Part shown: one piece after another, positions 50,173 through 62,879 of the stretch
Layout of the letters: each line of letters opens with the position of its first letter
Position numbering within the stretch: the stretch's first letter is position 1
Position numbers and translations under genes: made by a program
Source of the DNA: Balanoglossus misakiensis
Taxonomy: Eukaryota; Animalia; Hemichordata
Reading direction: 5' to 3'
DNA: 64,000 nucleotides
Assembly: GCA_040954595.2 (NCBI GenBank)
Contig: CM082577.2
Coordinates: 20,496,303-20,560,302, forward strand
Notes under the pieces: generated by a model
Databases searched by the model: none
What the model was told of the DNA's origin: nothing
Seen by the model: the letters and a program-made list of their open reading frames with translations, nothing else

Positions 50173-50961
50173 TTTTATCTTTTATTAAAAAGGACAGGCC
50201 CACTGGCTTGCCCTGTTAAAAATAATTTGTACATTACAAGAAGTTTGTAATTACAGTCATAGATTCATTTTAAATAATGCCATAAATTCTCAACACGTTA
50301 CACTACTAATGCAAATCATTACAATATTGATGAAAAATCATACACCGAAATGAATGCATGTGTAGTCAAATCATTCAACATAAACAATCTTTAAATTCAC
50401 AATATTGCATTACAGCATTCCATCATTTATGTAAGTCCTACTACAATCTGTCATAGAATTGTGACATACAAATTAATTACAGGAACAATTACCAGTAAAA
50501 AGATGGTATGTAACACCAGAGGGCGCCAGGTTCAACTGAAGGTGACAACATAGACAAAACGACTGTCTAAAAATTTAAGGTAAAGTCAAAATCTTTTACC
50601 GTTACAAGTACATTGTTTTGTGCAAAGATGCTTTCAAATAGCGCAACATCATCACTTACTTTGCACCTGTTATATTCAAAAGTGATTTTCTGTTTTAATT
50701 TGTACTTAAAGAACTTGATCAAGTCGATTTTCCGAGTACAACGCTTGTATGCTAATCTTCTACTATGAATTGTATAACGTGAAAGTGACAATAAAATATT
50801 GATCAGCGTGTACTCGTACTTGTCATGCTTGACAGGATAACCAAATAACATCATTAGAATTCTATCTGTTGGGTTAAACTTATTTACATTACAGGCACTG
50901 TAGATATACTCAAAAACAAGTTGCCACAAGGATTGAATCGTCTTGCAGCACACAAACAAAT
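50173..50961 (-). mobile_element. Tx1 retrotransposon copy D, 3' fragment (~790 bp: ORF2 C-terminus + 3' UTR)
   Basis: Matches the 3' ends of copies A and C up to cacaaacaaat, then runs into (AAT)n; no 5S 5' fragment follows. Confidence 0.93.
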
Positions 50962-50984
50962 AATAATAATAATTATAATAATAA

Positions 50985-51486
50985 TTATTATACACCTACT
51001 GCTGTAACCTATGGAGTTCCGTAATACAATAATTCGCGGTATCACCGTCCAATAATTATTCAAATGAGGACGCGGAGTCCCATAACCCACAGGGTTATTG
51101 GACGCATATTTGACCTTTGACCTCACAGCTGTCTGATGTAAACAATGATGATATTGCACCCTACTCTCACAAAAAATTATATAAAAAGTACACAGTCGTT
51201 ATTAAACAAAATTATTGGTGGCCCAAGATGCGAAATAAGTCAAAATCCTCGATGAAATTTCAGTCGAAGGAATGTGTGAACGAACAGGCGAGCGCGTTCA
51301 TCCCCGCAGCCTAGAACGTCGCGCGCGAGACATCGGCTCCTCGACACTAGCATCACCTGATGGCGAGGTGAAGGCGCGTTCGATATGCAAATTACATCAT
51401 GGCGGCGTCTGAAAACTAGAAAGTCCGATAGCGGCCTATTTATTCTTTATCGTTCATCTAGGACGTCCGGAAAAGGTGTATAATAA
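50985..51486. mobile_element. Putative ~500-bp non-autonomous element with short inverted termini, in an (AAT)n tract
   Basis: TTATTATACACCT ... AGGTGTATAATAA (13-bp inverted repeat); both ends in AAT repeats. Confidence 0.55.
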
Positions 51487-51629
51487 TAAGGTTATTCACA
51501 AAATACCGGGATTTATGTCCTCGTACATCGTACGCTTCGGTATTGTCCTCGACGCTGCGCGTCTCGGACAATACCTGCGCTGCACGATGTACTCGGACAT
51601 AAATCCCGGTATTTTGTGAATAACCTTAT
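51486..51629. mobile_element. 144-bp palindromic (foldback/MITE-like) element
   Basis: 35-bp perfect outer arms (ataaggttattcacaaaataccgggatttatgtcc), inner arms gtacatcgt, ggtattgtcc and gacgc, 3-nt loop. Confidence 0.85.
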
Positions 51630-52250
51630 ATTATAATAATAATAATAATAATAAAAATAATAATAATTAAATAAAGAATTATATAAAAATAATAATTTTA
51701 ATAATAATAGGACCGATTTCCACAAAAATTTCACCATAGGGGTTTCTTGGCTCAATAAGAACAAAAATGATATCCGTTTAGTGATCACATGTTTCTATGG
51801 CAACCATTTTGGGGCTGAAATTATGCTTTTTGTGCTAAGAGAGGGTATCACAAGTCAATTTACATAATAATTGGTTGGATTTGAACACAAAATCACACTG
51901 GCAGTATTTTTGTTCACAAAGAAAACATTTGGGGTTTATTTTCCGAATGCACAATAATAAGTTGGTGAAATTTGACTTTTCTTTCAAGACAGAGGAACTG
52001 CGCATGTGCAGAAAAACTGGCAATGCTGCTTGCCGATTTCCACAGTGTAACTACAAAAAAATACAAGATACAATAGTATCGTTAAGGAATCCAATCAATC
52101 GATTGTTCATGCATTTCCAGACTGTCGACCAGTTTTAAAACATAAATTCATTGGTATTGCATAAACGTTTACCGTCTATTTGTTGTTGTATGACATGGGT
52201 TATTGAAGAAAGGCAGTTACAGGACACACTCGTAGAAGTACACTGTTTGA

Positions 52251-53600
52251 TAGCTCTGCGTACAGGTCTGTGTGTTCCCGGCGTTACACGGCCTCCACCC
52301 ACAGCCCTGCAAGGCGCCATAGAAAAAACTGGTGCTTCTGCGGTCCGGATCCGGACCGCAGCTTTTTCGGCCGAAATTTGATTTTATCGAAGCAAAATAC
52401 GTTCCTAGTCTATTCCTACATCCTAACTGACTCCAAATATGATGTGATTAACTTGTCCTAACGTCCGAACCGCTCGCTTTCTAAAACTTTTATGTTTAGG
52501 GAGCATTCGTTTTTTACAGGGAGGGGGGGGCCGGTGGAAATCAGGGGGGGGTTTACTTTTACAAAGCAGTTTTTAGGGGGGGACAAATTTTATAATCAAG
52601 GGATTATTATATAGGGACTGAAAGGGGGGGACTTGAAAACTTTGACGGCTAAATATTTATTTTGAGTCCACAAAAATGCAGTTTCGCGTCCTTTATTTTA
52701 CAAAATTTTCTAATGTGGGAGGGGGACACCCCCTCCCACACCCACCCCCTCCATTCATCAACACCTTTCAATCATTGACTGGTTTATCTAGTGTCCCAGG
52801 TCAGGGGACTTGCCCCCCACCCCATGATAACTTTGAGCGGCGACGTTAATTTGCTTTTGCTGGGTTCATTAAAATGCAGCTTTGAGCTCTGTATTTTATA
52901 AAATTTTCTTATGTGGGAGGGGGACACCCCCTCCCAAACCCACCCCCTTCAATTCTCGGTTTACAATGTCTCCCAACACAGAATACAAATACTTAAAATA
53001 TAAAAACAATGTTCAGTAGACATGTAAATGAACAGACATAAATTGACAACAGAGAAAAAGATGCTGAAAAAAGACAAACTGAAAATAGTTGAAGCGCACA
53101 TATGTGGTATGTCGAACATACACCAATATCTGACAAAGTTTGATAAGTTAATCCGGTGGATAAACTTTTTTTTTGGGGGGGGGGGTCACATTTTAGAAAA
53201 GTAATTTCCAGGGGGGGTTGCCTTTTACATTTAGTCGGCGACTCAAATTCCACCGGCCCCCCCCCCTCCCTGTAAAAAACGAATGCTCCCTTACCCATGG
53301 AGAAAAACTCGCTGTAAGCCTTGCATTCAATACGGCGATCTCGACATGTAAACACACACAAATAAATCAGAACGCGAGCAGTTCTGACGTTAGGACAAGT
53401 TAATCACATCATATTTGGAGTCAGTTAGGATGTAGAAGTAGACTAGGAAAGTATTTTGCTTCGATAAAATCAAATTTCGGCCGAAAAAGCTGCGGTCCGG
53501 ATCCGGACCGCAGAAGCACCAGTTTTTTCTATGGCGCCTTGCAGGGCTGTGGGTGGAGGCCGTGTAACGCCGGGAACACACAGACCTGTACGCAGAGCTA
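52251..53600. mobile_element. Non-autonomous TIR element, 1350 bp, ~230-bp TIRs, 9-bp TSD (AcademH- or MULE-like)
   Basis: TAGCTCTGCGTACAGG...CCTGTACGCAGAGCTA; TSD ACTGTTTGA at 52242-50 and 53601-09; empty site in sister units. Confidence 0.88.
52499..53290. mobile_element. PIF/Harbinger-like MITE nested in the previous element
   Basis: ~40-bp TIR GGGAGCATTCGTTTTTTACAGGGAGGGGG...CCGGTGGAA; TTA on both sides (52496-98, 53291-93). Confidence 0.82.
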
Positions 53601-54606
53601 ACTGTTTGAGTATTGACAGCGAGTCTGTGTTAAATTTGGCAGTTCAGCGTGACTTCAACACTAAATAGACAACTAGCAGAAACGTCTGCAAACTTCTAAA
53701 TTTCTGGAAATGTTTTATTTGGTATGGTTATGAAATAATTTTCGTCTATGAAGAATCAAATCTCAGCGACGCACGATAGCTTCTGATGAATGCGAAGACC
53801 TGTCAGCTGACACGCAAATACAGCCAAAACATAAAATTCAACATTGAAAACGGAACCGCGAGATGCCTCGTGTGTCTGTCCTGTCACCTCGTCTGAGAAA
53901 ACAATAAAATTCCCGAGAAATAATAACACGAAATCCAAAGTATCGTGATAACATTTCTTCATTTCTCTGATTCTATTTGGCTGCCTTGTATTGTAAACAT
54001 TGCGTCCGTTTGACACCGACACAAACGTAGCATAACTCAGAGGTCAATACTTTGATTAAAAACAATAATTTTAACACTAACCTTCCTGTTCCACGATATC
54101 TGCGGTTTCTATGGCGCTCAAATCTCATGATATGTGCAATTCTAAAGCCAACTGGGGTATTATTCCTGTCGTTTTAGCCACGAAAACTGGGCAGACGACA
54201 CGACGCGAAACAGCTCGTTCACACTCAGTTGACATCGCGTGATTTCAGAGCGCGCGCAAACATACGAAAAATTGCTACAATGTTGTACGTAAATAAACTC
54301 GGTCTCCAACTCGTGTTGGGTTTCGAGCGAAGTTTTGTACCTCAGATCTGTCGTACACACGCCACCAGACTCACTGGGTAACAAGGTTTTAAATAGTGTT
54401 TAACAATACCCGAGGTCTTTTTGTGAATATTAGGTAGAAAATCTCCAACCGAAAGCGTTGAAACGTCGTCTGCAATTTTAGATACATAGGCCACTTTGAA
54501 AAATGTTGTCTTTATGAATCTGAAGTATCACGAATGATTGTACAGGAAATCCACCCGTGCTTATTAAATTGATAGATTGTTTATATAATTCTTTAAACCC
54601 CTTAAC

Positions 54607-54646
<40 letters not shown>

Positions 54647-56222
54647 TAAATAAAGAATTATATAAAAATAATAATTTTAATAATAACAGGTCCGATTTCC
54701 ACAAAAAATTCACCATAGGGGTATCTTGGCTCGAAAAGAACAAAAATGATATCCGTTTAGTGATCACATGTTTCTATGGCAACCATTTTTGGGCTGAAAT
54801 TATGCTTTTTGTGCTAAGAGAGGGTATCACAAGTCACTTTAAATAATAATAGGTTGGATTTGAACACAAAATCGCACTGGCAGTATTTTTGGTCACAAAG
54901 GAAACATTTGTGGTTTATTTTCCGAATGCACATTTATAAGTTGGTGAAATTTGACTTTTCTTTCAAGACAGAGGAACTGCACATGTGCAGAACAACTGGC
55001 AATGCAGCCTGCCGATTTCCACAGTTTCACTACAAAAAATCACAAGATACAATAGTATCGCTGGGGAATCCAATCAATCGATTGTTCACGCATATTTCCT
55101 GACTGTCGACCAGTTTTAAAACATAAATCCATTGGTATTGCATAAACGTTTACCGTCTATCTGTTGTTGTATGGTTATCGAAGGAAGGCAGTTACAGGAC
55201 ACACTCGTAGAAGTACACACTTTTTGAGTGTTGACGGCGAGTCTGTTAAATTTGGCAGTTCAGCGTGACTTCAACACTAAATAGACAACTAGCAGAAACG
55301 TCTGCAAACTTCTAAATTTCTGGAAATGTTTTATTTGGTATGGTTATGAAATAATTTTCGTCTATGAAGAATCAAATCTCAGCGACGCACGATAGCTTCT
55401 GATGAATGCGAAGACCTGTCAGCTGACACGCAAATACAGCCAAAACATAAAATTCAACATTGAAAACGGAACCGCGAGATGCCTCGTGTGTCTGTCCTGT
55501 CACCTCGTCTGAGAAAACAATAAAATTCCCGAGAAATAATAACACGAAATCCAAAGTATCGTGATAACATTTCTTCATTTCTCTGATTCTATTTGGCTGC
55601 CTTGTATTGTAAACATTGCGTCCGTTTGACACCGACACAAACGTAGCATAACTCAGAGGTCAATACTTTGATTAAAAACAATAATTTTAACACTAACCTT
55701 CCTGTTCCACGATATCTGCGGTTTCTATGGCGCTCAAATCTCATGATATGTGCAATTCTAAAGCCAACTGGGGTATTATTCCTGTCGTTTTAGCCACGAA
55801 AACTGGGCAGACGACACGACGCGAAACAGCTCGTTCACACTCAGTTGACATCGCGTGATTTCAGAGCGCGCGCAAACATACGAAAAATTGCTACAATGTT
55901 GTACGTAAATAAACTCGGTCTCCAACTCGTGTTGGGTTTCGAGCGAAGTTTTGTACCTCAGATCTGTCGTACACACGCCACCAGACTCACTGGGTAACAA
56001 GGTTTTAAATAGTGTTTAACAATACCCGAGGTCTTTTTGTGAATATTAGGTAGAAAATCTCCAACCGAAAGCGTTGAAACGTCGTCTGCAATTTTAGATA
56101 CATAGGCCACTTTGAAAAATGTTGTCTTTATGAATCTGAAGTATCACGAATGATTGTACAGGAAATCCACCCGTGCTTATTAAATTGATAGATTGTTTAT
56201 ATAATTCTTTAAACCCCTTAAC

Positions 56223-56256
<34 letters not shown>

Positions 56257-57574
56257 TAAATAAAGAATTATATAAAAATAATAATTTTAATAATAACAGG
56301 TCCGATTTCCACAAAAAATTCACCATAGGGGTATCTTGGCTCGAAAAGAACAAAAATGATATCCGTTTAGTGATCACATGTTTCTATGGCAACCATTTTT
56401 GGGCTGAAATTATGCTTTTTGTGCTAAGAGAGGGTATCACAAGTCACTTTAAATAATAATAGGTTGGATTTGAACACAAAATCGCACTGGCAGTATTTTT
56501 GGTCACAAAGGAAACATTTGTGGTTTATTTTCCGAATGCACATTTATAAGTTGGTGAAATTTGACTTTTCTTTCAAGACAGAGGAACTGCACATGTGCAG
56601 AACAACTGGCAATGCAGCCTGCCGATTTCCACAGTTTCACTACAAAAAATCACAAGATACAATAGTATCGCTGGGGAATCCAATCAATCGATTGTTCACG
56701 CATATTTCCTGACTGTCGACCAGTTTTAAAACATAAATCCATTGGTATTGCATAAACGTTTACCGTCTATCTGTTGTTGTATGGTTATCGAAGGAAGGCA
56801 GTTACAGGACACACTCGTAGAAGTACACACTTTTTGAGTGTTGACGGCGAGTCTGTTAAATTTGGCAGTTCAGCGTGACTTCAACACTAAATAGACAACT
56901 AGCAGAAAAGTCTGCAAACTTCTAAATTTCTGGAAATGTTTTATTTGGTATGGTTATGAAATAATTTTCGTTTAGGAAGAATCAAATCTCAGTGACGCAC
57001 GATACCTTCTGATGAATGCGAAGACCTGTCAGCTGACACGCAAATGCAGTCAAAACATAAAATTGAAAACGAAACCGCGAGATGCCTCGTGTGTCTGTCC
57101 TGTCACCTCGTCTGAGAAAACAATAAAATTCCCGAGAAATAATAACACGAAATCCAAAGTATCGTGATAACATTTCTTAATTTCTCCGATTTTATTTTGC
57201 TGCCGTGTAAACATTGCGTCCGTTTGACACCGACACAAACGTAGCATAACTCAGAGGTCAATTCTTAGATTAAAATCAATGATTTAAACACTAACCTTCC
57301 TGTTCCACGATATCTGCAGTTTCTATGGCGCTCAAATCTCACGATATGTGCAATTCTTAAGCCAATTGGGGTATTATTCCTGTCGTTTTAGCCACGAAAA
57401 CTGGGCAGACGACACAACGCGAAACAGCTCGTTCACACTCAGTTGACATCGCGTGATTTCAGAGCGCGCGCAAACATACGAAAAATTGCTACAATGTTGT
57501 ACGTAAATAAACTCGGTTCCAACTCGCGTTGGGTTTCGAGCGAAGTTTTGTACCTCAGATCTGTCGTACACACG

Positions 57575-57949
57575 TAGTCTGGTTCCCTGCCCCAATCCCA
57601 CCGCTGGCTGCGCTACGCTAAAGGGAAAGGGTCAGGCACGGCCTATTGTAAACATGGCTCTCATTGGTCAATACATACGAAAATTAAGTTGTTAAATTGA
57701 TAAGTTGTTGTAAGATACTCATTTCCCGTTCTCTCCTTCACCTCCATGAATGTTTATCATTCGATTTCCAACTTTACAACAAACGAAACAAAATAAACTG
57801 CCTGGATGAATCTTGACTGGCATACGGACATTGGAGGCATCCATCTTGTTTCACACCCAGGTTTCTGGGTGTGAAATCGGGCCGTACCTGACCCCTTTCC
57901 CTTTAGCGTAGCGCAGCCAGCGGTGGGATTGGGGCAGGGAACCAGACTA
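57575..57949. mobile_element. Non-autonomous TIR element, 375 bp, ~70-bp TIRs, 9-bp TSD (AcademH- or MULE-like)
   Basis: TAGTCTGGTTCCCTGCCCC...GGGGCAGGGAACCAGACTA; TSD GTACACACG at 57566-74 and 57950-58; empty site in sister units. Confidence 0.9.
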
Positions 57950-60900
57950 GTACACACGCTACTCGACTCACCGGGTAACAAGGTTTTAAATAGTGTTAAC
58001 TATACCGTGTTTTTTGTGAATATGTGGAAAATCTCCAACCGAAAGCGTTGGAATGTCTGCATTTTTAGATTTAGGCCTATCTTCATGATACACTCACCTT
58101 GAAAAATGATGTCTTTAGCGCTCAAGAAACAGCAATGATTGTACAGAAAATCCATCCGTGCTTATTAAATTGATAAATTGTTTATATAATTCTTTAAACC
58201 CCCTAAACTGGTAATAATAATAATTAAATAAAGAATTATATAAAAATAATAATTTTAATAATAATAGGTCCGATTTCCACAAAAAATTCACCATAGGGGT
58301 GTTTTGGATCAAAAAGAACAAAAATGATATTCATTTAGTGATCACATGTTTCTATGGCAACCATTTCGGGGCTGAAATTATGCTTTTTGTGCTAAGAGAG
58401 GGTATCACAAGTCAATGTGAATAATAATAGCTTGGATTTGAACACAAAATCACACTGGCAGTATTTTTGGTCACAAAGAAATATTTGGGGTTTATTTTCC
58501 GAATGCACATTTATAAGTTGGTGAAATCTGACTTTTCTTTCAATACAGAGGAACTGCGCATGTGCAGAACATCTGGCAATGCAGCCTGCCGATTTCCACA
58601 GTTTCACTACAAAAAATCACAAGATACAATGGTATCGCTGGGGAATCCAATCAATCGATTGTTCATGCATATTTCCTGACTGTCGACCAGTTTTAAAACA
58701 TAAATCCATTGGTATTGCATGAACGTTTACCGTCTATTTGTTGTTGTATGTTTATCGAAGGAAGGCAGTTACAGGACACACTCGTAGAAGAAGTACACTG
58801 TTTGAGTGTTGACGGCGAGTCACTGCTAAATTTGGCAGTTTAGCGTGACTTCAACACTAAATAAACAACTAGCAGAAAAGTCTTCAAACTTCTAAATTTC
58901 TGGAAATGTTTTATTTGGTATGGTGATGAAACAATTTTCGTTTATGAAGAATCAAATCTCAGCGACGCACGATAGCTTCTGATGAATGCGAAGACCCGTC
59001 AGCGGACAAGCAAATGCAGTCAAAACATAAAATTCAACATTGAAAACGGAAACTCGTCTGAGAAAACAATAAAATACTCGAGAGATAATAACACGAAATC
59101 CAAAGTATCGTGATAACATTTCTTCATTTCTCCGATTCTATTTGGCTGCCGTGTAAACATTGCGTCCGTTTGACGCTGACACAAACGTACCATAACTCAG
59201 AGGTCAATATTTCGATTAAAAACAATGATTTTAACACCAACCTTCCTGTTCCACGATATCTGCGGTTACTATGGCGCTCAAATCTCACGATATGTGCAAT
59301 TCTAAAGCCAACTGGGGTAGTATTCCTGACGTTTTAGCCTCGAAAACTGGGCAGACGACACGACGCGAAACAGCTCGTTCACACTCAGTTGACATCGCAT
59401 GATTTCAGAGCGCGCGCGTACACTCGAAAAATTGCTACAATGTTGTACGTAAATAAACTTGCGTTGGGTTTCGAGTAAAGTTTTTTACCTCACCAGACTC
59501 ACCGGGTAACAAGGTTTTAAATAGTGTTAACAATACCCGTGGTCTTTTTGTGAATATGTAGAAAATCTCCAACGAAAGCGTTGAAACGTCGGCAATTTTA
59601 GATATAGGCCACTTTGAAAAATGATGTCTTTAGCGCTAAATTATGAATCTGAAGAATCAGGAATGATTGTACAGAAAATCCACCCGTGCTTATTAAATTT
59701 ATAAATTGTTTATATAATTCTTTAAACCCCTAAACTGGTAATAATAATTAAATAAAGAATTATATAAAAATAATAATTTTAATAATAATAGGACCGATTT
59801 CCACAAAAATTTCACCATAGGGGTTTCTTGGCTCAATAAGAACAAAAATGATATCCGTTTAGTGATCACATGTTTCTATGGCAACCATTTTGGGGCTGAA
59901 ATTATGCTTTTTGTGCTAAGAGAGGGTATCACAAGTCAATTTACATAATAATTGGTTGGATTTGAACACAAAATCACACTGGCAGTATTTTTGTTCACAA
60001 AGAAAATATTTGGGGTTTATTTTCCGAATGCACAATAATAAGTTGGTGAAATTTGACTTTTCTTTCAAGACAGAGGAACTGCGCATGTGCAGAAAAACTG
60101 TCAATGCAGCCTGCCGATTTCCACAGTGTAACTACAAAAAAATACAAGATACAATAGTATCGTTAAGGAATCCAATCAATCGATTGTTCATGCATTTCCA
60201 GACTGTCGACCAGTTTTAAAACATAAATTCATTGGTATTGCATAAACGTTTACCGTCTATTTGTTGTTGTATGACATGGGTTATTGAAGGAAGGCAGTTA
60301 CAGGACACACTCGTAGAAGTACACTGTTTGAGTATTGACAGCGAGTCTGTGTTAAATTTGGCAGTTCAGCGTGACTTCAACACTAAATAGACAACTAGCA
60401 GAAAAGTCTGCAAACTTCTAAATTTCTGGAAATGTTTTATTTGGTATGGTTATGAAATAATTTTCGTCTATGAAGAATCAAATCTCAGCGACGCACGATA
60501 GCTTCTGATGAATGCGAAGACCTGTCAGCGGACACGCAAATACAGCCAAAACATAAAATTCAACATTGAAAACGGAACCGCGAGATGCCTCGTGTGTCTG
60601 TCCTGTCACCTCGTCTGAGAAAACAATAAAATTCCCGAGAAATAATAACACGAAATCCAAAGTATCGTGATAACATTTCTTCATTTCTCTGATTCTATTT
60701 GGCTGCCTTGTACATTGTAAACATTGCGTCCGTTTGACACCGACACAAACGTAGCATAACTCAGAGGTCAATACTTTGATTAAAAACAATAATTTTAACA
60801 CTAACCTTCCTGTTCCACGATATCTGCGGTTTCTATGGCGCTCAAATCTCATGATATGTGCAATTCTAAAGCCAACTGGGGTATTATTCCTGTCGTTTTA

Positions 60901-62816
60901 GCCACGAAAACTGGGCAGACGACACGACGCGAAACAGCTCGTTCACACTCAGTTGACATCGCGTGATTTCAGAGCGCGCGCAAACATACGAAAAATTGCT
61001 ACAATGTTGTACGTAAATAAACTCGGTCTCCAACTCGTGTTGGGTTTCGAGCGAAGTTTTGTACCTCAGATCTGTCGTACACACGCCACCAGACTCACTG
61101 GGTAACAAGGTTTTAAATAGTGTTTAACAATACCCGAGGTCTTTTTGTGAATATTAGGTAGAAAATCTCCAACCGAAAGCGTTGAAACGTCGTCTGCAAT
61201 TTTAGATACATAGGCCACTTTGAAAAATGTTGTCTTTATGAATCTGAAGTATCACGAATGATTGTACAGGAAATCCACCCGTGCTTATTAAATTGATAGA
61301 TTGTTTATATAATTCTTTAAACCCCTTAACTGGTAATTAAATAAAGAATTATATAAAAATAATAATTTTAATAATAATAGGTCCGATTTCCACAAAAATT
61401 TCACCATAGGGGTATCTTGGCTCAATAAGAACAAAAATGATATCCGTTTAGTGATCACATGTTTCTATGGCAACCATTTTAGGGCTGAAATTAAGCTTTT
61501 TGTGCTAGGAGATGATATCACAAGTCAATTTAAATAATCATAGGTTGGATTTGAACACAAAATCGCACTGGCAGTATTTTTGGTCACAAAGAAAACATTT
61601 GGGGTTTATTTTCCGAATGCACAATAATAAGTTGGTGAAATTTGACTTTTCTTTCAAGACAGAGGAACTGCGCATGTGCAGAAAAACTGGCAATGCAGCC
61701 TGCCGATTTCCACAGTGTAACTACAAAAAAATACAAGATACAATAGTATCGTTAAGGAATCCAATCAATCGATTGTTCATGCATTTCCAGACTGTCGACC
61801 AGTTTTAAAACATAAATTCATTGGTATTGCATAAACGTTTACCGTCTATTTGTTGTTGTATGACATGGGTTATTGAAGGAAGGCAGTTACAGGACACACT
61901 CGTAGAAGTACACTGTTTGAGTATTGACAGCGAGTCTGTGTTAAATTTGGCAGTTCAGCGTGACTTCAACACTAAATAGACAACTAGCAGAAAAGTCTGC
62001 AAACTTCTAAATTTCTGGAAATGTTTTATTTGGTATGGTTATGAAATAATTTTCGTTTAGGAAGAATCAAATCTTAGCAACGCACGATCATGACGATAGC
62101 TTCTGATGAATGCGAAGACCCGTCAGCTGACACGCAAATGCAGTCAAAACATAAAATTCAACATTGAAAACAGAACCGCGAGATGCCTCGTGTGTCTATT
62201 CTGTCACCTCGTCTGAGAAAACATTAAAATTCCCGAGAAATAATAACACGAAATCCTATTTGGCTGCCGTGTAAACATTGCGTCCGTTTGACACCGACAC
62301 AAACGTAGCATAACTCAGAGGTCAATTCTTCCATTAAAATCAATGATTTAAACACTAACCTTCCTGTTCCACAATATATCTGCAGTTTCTATGGCGCTCA
62401 AATCTCACGATATGTGCAATTCTAAAGCTAAGTGGGGTATTATTCCTGTCGTTTTAGACACGAAAACTGGGCAGACGACACGACGCGAAACAGCTCGTTC
62501 ACACTCAGTTGACATCGCGTGATTTCAGAGCGCGCGCAAACATATACGAAAAATTGCTACAATGTTGTACGTAAATAAACTTGCGTTGGGTTTCGAGTGA
62601 AGTTTTTTACCTCACCAGACTCACCGGATAACAAGGTTTTAAATAGTGTTAACAATACCTGTGGTCTTTTTGTGAATATGTTGAAACGTCGGCAATTTTA
62701 GATATAGGCCACTTCGAAAAATGACGTCTTTAGCGCTAAATTATGAATCTGAAGAATCAGGAATGAGTGTACATTAAATTGATAAATTGTTTATATAATT
62801 CTTTAAACCCCTTAAC

Positions 62817-62820
<4 letters not shown>

Positions 62821-62879
<59 letters not shown>

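Larger units (their letters stand above)
51672..62805. repeat. Six tandem ~1.5-1.6-kb non-coding units separated by (AAT)n
   Basis: Units 51672-54595, 54651-56211, 56261-58196, 58229-59724, 59753-61319 and 61342-62805; each begins TAAAGAATTATATAAA and ends TTTATATAATTCTTTA. Confidence 0.93.

Noticed and set aside
51672-62805. snRNA or tRNA genes within the 1.6-kb unit (often linked to 5S arrays)
   Set aside because: No recognisable U snRNA, SL RNA or tRNA sequence by eye; an Rfam/tRNAscan search would be needed to exclude them fully.
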